This document shows, in pieces, positions 57,275 to 64,000 of a stretch of 64,000 nucleotides of DNA. The stretch's first letter is position 1. Each line of letters starts with the position of its first letter. This DNA comes from a virus (lineage: Duplodnaviria > Caudoviricetes), in IMG/VR virus record IMGVR_UViG_3300045747_000276, positions 161 to 64,160 of that record; one strand, given 5' to 3'. The position numbers were made by a program, and so were the translations under genes. Under the pieces are notes generated by a model. The model was not told the DNA's origin. It did not search any database and saw only the letters and a program-made list of their open reading frames with translations.

Positions 57275-57550
57275 ATGAAATTGAGGATGGGGTTTGTTTC
57301 AAACTCATCTAGCAGCTCTTTTATTGTTGCTAAGGCATATCTTAAGCCATGGCAGATTGATGCACTCATCGAGGTGTGCAAAGAGTCTATGGGCCCCTGG
57401 GACGATTCTTGGGGTGTAGAAGTTGATGATTACAATGTAAGGGGATTTACTTATATGAATAATAATCGTGATGAAGAAGGTGGTCTGGAATCTTGGATGA
57501 TTAAAAACAAGTTTCCTATGAAAGCAATTGTTTGGGAGAATGATGAATGA
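57275..57550 (+). CDS. GFVSNSSSSSF-motif protein 1
   Basis: N-terminus MKLRMGFVSNSSSSSF. Confidence 0.8.
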   Translation: MKLRMGFVSNSSSSSFIVAKAYLKPWQIDALIEVCKESMGPWDDSWGVEVDDYNVRGFTYMNNNRDEEGGLESWMIKNKFPMKAIVWENDE

Positions 57551-57852
57551 AGATTAGACAAGGTTTTGTATCGAACAGTTCAAGTTCGTCTTTTGTGTGT
57601 TGTATCTCTGGTGTGTCATTTGAAGGGTATGACGGAGAATATGATTGTACCTACGCTCAGTGTGCGGCAGGACATGAATTTGAAGCAGATGACTTTCCAG
57701 AAGTATTGGCATATTTGAAAGAAGATGGTGATAACTACGAAGTTCCTAAGGACATCTGCCCTGTATGTAATGGTAAGGCTAAGACTCTTATCGTAACTAG
57801 GTTGAAAAAGGAACTGAAACATTTGGGTATTGATATTGGGGATTTGGTATGA
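57547..57852 (+). CDS. GFVSNSSSSSF-motif protein 2
   Basis: N-terminus MKIRQGFVSNSSSSSF; Cys-rich body. Confidence 0.8.
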   Translation: MKIRQGFVSNSSSSSFVCCISGVSFEGYDGEYDCTYAQCAAGHEFEADDFPEVLAYLKEDGDNYEVPKDICPVCNGKAKTLIVTRLKKELKHLGIDIGDLV

Positions 57853-58334
57853 AAGTTAGATCTGGGTTTGTTAGTAACAGTAGTTCAAGTTCATTTATAA
57901 TCGCAGTTCCTGCTGATATGAATCTTGGGTTTGATGAGTTGCACAATGCAGTTTTTGGTAGTGATAAAATTCAATACTTTGGTCCTGAATACCCAGGGAT
58001 GTCCCGCGTCTCTGTGGATTCTTGTCAGATCATTAGTAGTATGTTGAATAGAATCAAGAAGGTTGATGATTTGTCTGATTTGATTGAAGCAGCATACGAT
58101 CAACCCAACATGGACGATTACAGAATGGAAGACGGAAAGTACGACTGGGATGCATATGATGAAGTTCGCAAAGTAGAAAATAGTAAAGAGGCAGCAAAGT
58201 TATCATCTAAGTTTCCAAAACATGATTTCTACAGCGTAGAATATAGTGATAATGATGGAGAATTTGAATGTGAGGTTGAGCATGGCGCCGCACTAAGGTA
58301 CCAGGAGAATATTGTAAGAGTGAGTCACCATTAA
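57849..58334 (+). CDS. GFVSNSSSSSF-motif protein 3
   Basis: N-terminus MKVRSGFVSNSSSSSF; acidic body. Confidence 0.8.
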   Translation: MKVRSGFVSNSSSSSFIIAVPADMNLGFDELHNAVFGSDKIQYFGPEYPGMSRVSVDSCQIISSMLNRIKKVDDLSDLIEAAYDQPNMDDYRMEDGKYDWDAYDEVRKVENSKEAAKLSSKFPKHDFYSVEYSDNDGEFECEVEHGAALRYQENIVRVSHH

Positions 58335-58342
58335 GGAACTAA

Positions 58343-59005
58343 ATGAAATTAGCTATAGCATCCATTTTATTAACTGCATCATTGAGTGCAGTTTCAGGCA
58401 ATTGTGATAAATTTTACCCAGGTGGTAAAGAGTTTATTGTGCCATCCACAGTAGAATTATGTAACTCTTTCTACGTCACCAGGTTTGATAATACACATAA
58501 CAGAAATGTAATGTCTATTGACCTAGTTAAAGCATCCCGACCCAGGGTCCAGCGTGAAGATAATTTCAGGGCTGATTCTAGGGTGACTAGACCAGCGAAC
58601 CCGAGCGATTATACCCGATCTGGGTATGACAAAGGGCACATGGTTCCTGCAGCAGATGCGAATACTCCTCAAGATATGAGTGATACGTTTTTATTGACTA
58701 ATATGACGCCACAGGTACCGTCATTAAATAGGGGAGCATGGCGTGAACTTGAGGAATCAATTAGGAATAATGCATGGACAACTCGTAGGGACACGTACGT
58801 TATAACCGGTGCACTTTACAAGTCCATCATCACCGCTACAATTGGCAAAAACAAAGTTCCGGTTCCTACTGGGTATTACAAGATTGTATATTTGCCATTA
58901 GGTGTAAAGGCATATTATGCTGATAATACACCAACAGGTACAGTTAAACCAGTGCCAGTCAGTGAAATAGAAAATAAATCAGGATTGGTTTTCCCTAAAT
59001 TATGA
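58343..59005 (+). CDS. Secreted DNA/RNA non-specific endonuclease (NucA-like)
   Basis: Signal peptide; 'DKGHM', 'NMTPQ...NRG.W..LE'. Confidence 0.9.
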   Translation: MKLAIASILLTASLSAVSGNCDKFYPGGKEFIVPSTVELCNSFYVTRFDNTHNRNVMSIDLVKASRPRVQREDNFRADSRVTRPANPSDYTRSGYDKGHMVPAADANTPQDMSDTFLLTNMTPQVPSLNRGAWRELEESIRNNAWTTRRDTYVITGALYKSIITATIGKNKVPVPTGYYKIVYLPLGVKAYYADNTPTGTVKPVPVSEIENKSGLVFPKL

Positions 59006-59724
59006 TTAAGCCACATGAGGTATTCACAAACTCCTTTGTTATTCTACTGGAATCTATGGGGTTTGTGTTTGATAGAAAAATAAAGAGAAACCTTAAGGAT
59101 GAACAGTTGTGCTTGTCCTACGATAGTAAAATCAACCCCATAAACATAATTGACGAGTCCCTAGTCAAAATGGGGATAAAGTCAGACAGGTCAGCGATTG
59201 ACACATATTCGGGTCAATGGTTGATCTGGGGAAAGAAGCCAAGCGGGCTGTGGCTCATCATCATAGACACCCAAAAACGCACTTTGACGTTATTTTTCAG
59301 TGTTGTTCCGTTGCACTATTGACATTTAAGTTTAGATGCATCATAATTCATTCATGTGTTTGAAACAATCAATTTGGAGAATGTAATTTATGATACGACA
59401 GATCGCCCCAAATATCCGGATTTCATATCAAGGAGATCCCAGGATTGTTGCTTACGATGTTTGTGTAGAGAAGTTGGATTCTGACGAATGGACAATGGTG
59501 CGTGGGTTCAATAGCATGTCTGATGACTATGCTTGCATAAATGCAAATGAATTCGCATACGCCATGATTGAACGCGACCGGTTGACGGTTAAGTTGCATT
59601 AGTGTATAATTAATTCAATTATGAAATTTAACAAGTTTGATCAATCAACGGTTGACAAATAAGGCAAATAAAATCATAATTGTTTTATTGATGTTTTTGA
59701 AACAACCCTTAAAGGAAATTTATT

Positions 59725-60054
59725 ATGACAGTTATCAACACCCAAATCAAGCGCAAACAAGAACTCGTTGCAGCATTGCAAGCAGAGATTCGTGGGTTGC
59801 GTGAACAGCGCAACATTGTTTGGAATGGCAAAATTGATGCCAACAAGGCCAAAAAGGCCGAGCGTGAACAAAAGGCAGCTCTCCGAGCACAAACAAAAGC
59901 AGTTAAAGATGAAACAAAAGCGATCAAGGCAGCATCTCTTGCAAAAGCCAAAGCAGATCGTGTAATGAAACTTGAACTTAAACTTGCATCATTGAAAGCA
60001 AAGCGCGAACCAATGACAAAAGAAGACCTCCGTAAATCCGGCGGCATGGTTTAA
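59725..60054 (+). CDS. Lys/Ala-rich coiled-coil protein
   Basis: RBS aagga; follows the promoter at 59652-59680. Confidence 0.7.
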   Translation: MTVINTQIKRKQELVAALQAEIRGLREQRNIVWNGKIDANKAKKAEREQKAALRAQTKAVKDETKAIKAASLAKAKADRVMKLELKLASLKAKREPMTKEDLRKSGGMV

Positions 60055-60067
60055 TTTGCAGGGAGTG

Positions 60068-60096
60068 TTGACAATAAATCGACACTCCCTTACAAT
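60068..60096 (+). promoter_or_regulatory. Sigma70-type promoter for the DUF2828 gene, overlapping a GC hairpin
   Basis: TTGACA-17-TACAAT inside gggagtgttg/cgacactccc. Confidence 0.7.
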
Positions 60097-60121
60097 AATC
60101 AAACATTGAAAAATGTAATTT

Positions 60122-60177
60122 AGTTTGGGTTCAGCAACCTATATCAATCATACTGAAACCAAAGTCCAAACTGTTAA
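60122..60177 (+). promoter_or_regulatory. TCAGCAA-box element, copy 6, in the 5' UTR next to the RBS
   Basis: agtttgg-gt-TCAGCAA...ccaaact-GTTAA-aaggaatttaaATG. Confidence 0.72.
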
Positions 60178-60188
60178 AAGGAATTTAA

Positions 60189-61592
60189 ATGAACGCATTT
60201 GTTAACGCTATCGGTACTCCAAATAAGACTGTAACTACCAATGGAATGGTAGCATTCGATAAGACAGGCTCCAAGTTGGTAGATATGTTCTTCAACATTG
60301 GTGCAGCTCGCAACAACCCAAATATTGTTCCTCAATTCATGCAAGCATTTGCAGAGGACAAACTGTTGGCCACAAAGATGTTATTCTGGGCCCGTGATGT
60401 TCGAGGTGGAGCAGGTGAACGTAAGGTTTTCCGTGATATTTTGTCAAAGCTGGCAGTAACTAACCCAGATTTAGTGAAGAAGAATTTGCCGCTTGTGGCA
60501 AAGTATGGTCGTTGGGATGACCTCCTTATCCTTAAGGGTGATGTATTGCAATCTGCATATCGCCTAATTGGTACTGCCATTAAATCAGGCAATGGTCTGT
60601 GCGGTAAGTGGATGCCCCGCAAGGGCCCAGAGGCTGCAGCACTTCGGTCAGCACTTGGGATGTCACCAAAACAATACAGAAAGACCCTTGTCGGTTTAAC
60701 GTCGGTTGTTGAGACCCAAATGTGTGCTAAGACATGGGATAACATTGAGTTCGGTCATGTGCCTTCAATTGCAGCAGCACGGTATCAAAAAGCATTCGCA
60801 AAGAACGCTGAGGTGAAGTATAAAGAATATCGAGACGCTCTAGTTACTGGTGAAGCAAAGATCAACGCATCTAGCATTTTCCCTCACGATGTTATCAAGA
60901 GCCTGCAGTCGGGTCTGGTAGATGTTGCAACAGCACAATGGAATGCATTACCTAATTATCTAGGTGACCAAAAGGTGTTGGCACTGGTTGACGTGTCAGG
61001 TTCTATGTCCTGCCCAGCAGGAAAGAATAGTAACACAACATGTCTAGATGTGTCATTGTCCCTTGGTTTGTATGTGTCGGACAAATTGACTGGTGCTTTC
61101 AAGGATACATTCTTGACATTTAGTGCATCACCACAATTGTTGACCCTTAAAGGTTCTATTGCAGAAAAGTTAGGACAATTGGAGTCATCTGATGATTGGG
61201 AAATGAATACTAATATTGAATTGGCGTTTGATGCAATTCTTAAGACGGCAGTAAAGGCAAATGCTCCCCAAGAGGATATGCCAGATGTTCTGTTGATTAT
61301 GTCAGATATGCAATTTGATCAATGTGCAGATTGGGGCGACACCATGCAAACTATGATGCAACGCAAGTATGAAAATGCGGGGTATAAGGTGCCTACAATT
61401 GTGTTCTGGAATCTCAATGGTTCACACGGAAATGTGCCTGGCACATCCGTTGATAAGGGAGTTATGATGGTTTCTGGGTTCTCCCCAGCAATCCTTAAGG
61501 CAGTTCTTGCCTGTGATCTGACCAATGTCACACCATACAGTATGATGTTGGAGGTCCTAAACGGTGATCGTTACGCAAACGTAACCGTATAA
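60189..61592 (+). CDS. DUF2828-family helical plus vWA protein (putative Ro60/TROVE-like RNA-binding protein)
   Basis: 'RDVRGGAGER', 'YGRWDDL', 'KWMPR', MIDAS 'DVSGSM', 'SDMQFD', 'FWNL', 'SGFS'. Confidence 0.82.
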   Translation: MNAFVNAIGTPNKTVTTNGMVAFDKTGSKLVDMFFNIGAARNNPNIVPQFMQAFAEDKLLATKMLFWARDVRGGAGERKVFRDILSKLAVTNPDLVKKNLPLVAKYGRWDDLLILKGDVLQSAYRLIGTAIKSGNGLCGKWMPRKGPEAAALRSALGMSPKQYRKTLVGLTSVVETQMCAKTWDNIEFGHVPSIAAARYQKAFAKNAEVKYKEYRDALVTGEAKINASSIFPHDVIKSLQSGLVDVATAQWNALPNYLGDQKVLALVDVSGSMSCPAGKNSNTTCLDVSLSLGLYVSDKLTGAFKDTFLTFSASPQLLTLKGSIAEKLGQLESSDDWEMNTNIELAFDAILKTAVKANAPQEDMPDVLLIMSDMQFDQCADWGDTMQTMMQRKYENAGYKVPTIVFWNLNGSHGNVPGTSVDKGVMMVSGFSPAILKAVLACDLTNVTPYSMMLEVLNGDRYANVTV

Positions 61593-61598
61593 TAATAA

Positions 61599-61626
61599 GG
61601 GGTGGTGCAATGCCACCCCAATTTAA
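61599..61626 (+). terminator. Probable terminator hairpin
   Basis: ggggtgg-tgcaatg-ccacccc. Confidence 0.55.
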
Positions 61627-61952
61627 TTCATATTGTGTTTAGAAAATTTTTAACAAAACTTAGCGAAAAATGCCTGCAATTAACCTCCACACCAAGTTCG
61701 GATATAAAACATACTGCGAAGTAGAGAATAAATTTCTTGATGCCAAATATAGTGACACATTAGACGCATATAAGGGAGTTCTTTTTAAAGAACGAGATAA
61801 AGCAGAGCGTGATGTTCTACATTTCCTCAATGATGAAAAATTGACAAAAAAGTATAAAATGGATGATAATGACAAAGAGGGGTGGGTTCTCTGGAAAGAA
61901 ATGTCAGAGAAGTATTCAGTATTAAATTATTTTTATAATCGTAGGAGTTAAA

Positions 61953-62300
61953 ATGTTTTTCAAGTCATTTAAGAAGGAAGACGAGAAACCTAGAGATGGA
62001 GAAGTGGAATCAGCATTAATGACCACAATCGAATCTCTTGAAAATGATATAAGTGCACTAAAACATACAATTGCCAAATTAAAGTGCAATGATGATTGTG
62101 AATTTGTATTTGATTGGGAATCTGCTGGTGCATTCTCAATCGAAAGAAGTCGGGACGGAGTAACAACCATAGGTTATACTAGGAATGTTGATTCTAAAAC
62201 TTCCCCAGGTGAATGGGCACTATATTGTAATATAACAACACACAATAAGTTGGCAGAATCATTCCGAGAGTGGCTCCGAGTTAAAGGGACTGCAGAATGA
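61953..62300 (+). CDS. Hypothetical protein
   Basis: RBS aggag. Confidence 0.65.
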   Translation: MFFKSFKKEDEKPRDGEVESALMTTIESLENDISALKHTIAKLKCNDDCEFVFDWESAGAFSIERSRDGVTTIGYTRNVDSKTSPGEWALYCNITTHNKLAESFREWLRVKGTAE

Positions 62301-62533
62301 CTGATACAGAACAACCTAGGTTTCTAGACGCCACAACATTCCAACTCGGGGTGGAGGCGCTAACACGAGAAAAACGAATTGACCACCTGGATGCAGTAAT
62401 TATGTTCTGCAAAGAAAATGATCTAGAACCAGATGAGATTAAGAAGTTATTGACATCAAATCTCAAAGATAAAATTAAGATGGCTGCTATTGACGGCGGC
62501 TATATGAAAAGAGAAGCAACACTTCCAATTTAG
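62297..62533 (+). CDS. gp33: Late-promoter co-activator gp33
   Basis: 'F...VE.......HLDAV..FC.EN.LEP...KKLL...LK.KI'; precedes gp59 and gp32. Confidence 0.85.
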   Translation: MTDTEQPRFLDATTFQLGVEALTREKRIDHLDAVIMFCKENDLEPDEIKKLLTSNLKDKIKMAAIDGGYMKREATLPI

Positions 62534-62729
62534 ACATGGCACATTATTTTTATATATTATCGTGGGTTTTTGCTGCGCTGAGCACAATTTCTGTCGTTAG
62601 CACAATTATGTGGTTTTTGAGTCTTGCACCATTCCAGCAACATCATGCTAGAATTTCAATTATTCCGTTTATTATCGCTATCGTTTGTTGGCCGTATGTG
62701 TTAGTTGGACCTAAATAGGAAATATTATC

Positions 62730-63344
62730 ATGACTGGGTTTGAATTTTTTAAGATTTACACCCCATTAAAATTACATTTTACGCAAGAGTCGTATGATGG
62801 ATTCAAATATAAATGGCAAACTAGGGCTATATCTAATGATGGGTTTTGTGCTAGGAAAGATCGGTTTCTATTTGAAAAATGGGGAAAACAACATAAAAAT
62901 AGCATATCCGCTGGGCAATTGGTTATTAGCAATTTCATATATAACAGTGCGAATTGGTTATATGATGATATGCAAGACGCGCAAGATGTTTATACCAAAT
63001 GGAAGTCCGTAAGAGAGTCTATAACAAAAACATTCGAAGATGATTTAAATGAACTCAATGCACACAAACTACTATGGGATCAATGCATTTCCAGAACCCC
63101 AAAGGGAAATGCTGCTCCACTTCTCCAATTATATTTGGCTAAACGGATACACCCAGAGTCAGTGGTTATATCCGATAACATCAATTCTTTTATTGATAGG
63201 TGGGCAAATGAATACAACCTAGATCCACTTATAAAAGACGAGATGGTCAAATTAAAAAAGTATGTCCCTTTTGTCAAGTTCGATAGGGATAAAGTGCAAG
63301 AAAAATTTACTAGTTTATTTAGAGAAGAAAATGAAAAAAATTGA
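62730..63344 (+). CDS. gp59: Helicase loader gp59
   Basis: 'Y..LKLHFT..SYD.FKY...F..RKDR..FEK'. Confidence 0.88.
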   Translation: MTGFEFFKIYTPLKLHFTQESYDGFKYKWQTRAISNDGFCARKDRFLFEKWGKQHKNSISAGQLVISNFIYNSANWLYDDMQDAQDVYTKWKSVRESITKTFEDDLNELNAHKLLWDQCISRTPKGNAAPLLQLYLAKRIHPESVVISDNINSFIDRWANEYNLDPLIKDEMVKLKKYVPFVKFDRDKVQEKFTSLFREENEKN

Positions 63345-63757
63345 GGCAGGTATTGAGGGAAGTTTGGAGAAGATTAAAAAGGTTGTAGTTGAGAAAAAAC
63401 GCAATCCTTGGGAGTTTGAAGAACCAATCTTTAAAGACCCCACTAAACGAAACCATACTAAATTCATCGACGACTGTGGGTTTGAAGACGAAGATGAGAT
63501 GCAAAACTACAAGTATTTAATAAAATGACAAATACACAATTACTATTGCTGGCAGGTACTGTTTACATCGCCCCTCATGTACCCAAACACATAGGGTTAG
63601 TAGTGGGAAGTATTGTAATGATAGTAGCATTCCTGCACGGAAACGCATTTATTTAGGTATAAATAAAAACTTGATATTAATTCGCTATGTGTTATACAAT
63701 GTAAATCGTGTCAAATAAAACACAATCAAATGTAATCTTAAATTAAGGAACAATCAA

Positions 63758-64000
63758 ATGGCTACAAAAAATTCAAAGGCATTCGCCAACATTCTCGGTG
63801 CAGTTCAGAAAATGAAACAAGGCACTGTTGCACAAGATCCGAATCAGGACAAATTCTGGAAAGCTGAAACAGACAAAACAGGAAGTGGTTTTGCAGTAAT
63901 TCGTTTCCTACCTGGTCGTACCGATGACGATGTGCCTTTTGTTAAAACATATAATCACGGGTTCCAAGGCCCTGCAGGCAAATGGTTCATTGAAAATTGC
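63758..64000 (+). CDS. gp32: ssDNA-binding protein gp32 (3'-truncated)
   Basis: 'D.FWKAETDKTGSGFAVIRFLP...HGFQGPAGKWFIENC'. Confidence 0.93.
   Translation, partial: MATKNSKAFANILGAVQKMKQGTVAQDPNQDKFWKAETDKTGSGFAVIRFLPGRTDDDVPFVKTYNHGFQGPAGKWFIENC

Noticed and set aside
2815-63504. Numerous short minus-strand ORFs
   Set aside because: They are antisense shadows of well-supported plus-strand genes. Only 7974-8423 and 31086-31781 have recognisable motifs.
1-64000. Stop-codon reassignment or suppressor tRNAs
   Set aside because: Core genes read intact in the standard code, and no CTA, TTA or TCA anticodon was found.

Overview
This 64-kb window comes from a large AT-rich T4-like myophage. Almost everything is on the + strand, running from the neck gene gp13 to the start of gp32. 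The host is probably a betaproteobacterium (tmRNA tag ANDERFALAA; inference). It carries T4 core genes (gp13, gp61, rnh, dsbA, cd, gp33, gp59, gp32), nucleotide metabolism (thyX, dut, class II RNR), lysis genes, an NAD-salvage module with an endonuclease-split nadV, and a 7-deazaguanine/TGT modification cluster. It also has anti-defence and RNA-repair candidates, about 40 tRNA or tRNA-like genes and a permuted two-piece tmRNA. The best candidate for an undescribed system is a family of six structured ncRNA elements. They share a closing stem, a 5' TCAGCAA box and a 3' GTTAA tail but differ inside, and some carry anticodon-loop mimics. One copy lies against the RBS of a DUF2828/vWA (putatively Ro60/TROVE-like) gene. 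Upstream of the tRNA array sits an attenuator-like leader whose 40-aa peptide uses all 20 amino acids. Together these suggest a tRNA-damage sensing, decoy and repair module. All calls were made by eye from motifs; no searches or folding programs were run.
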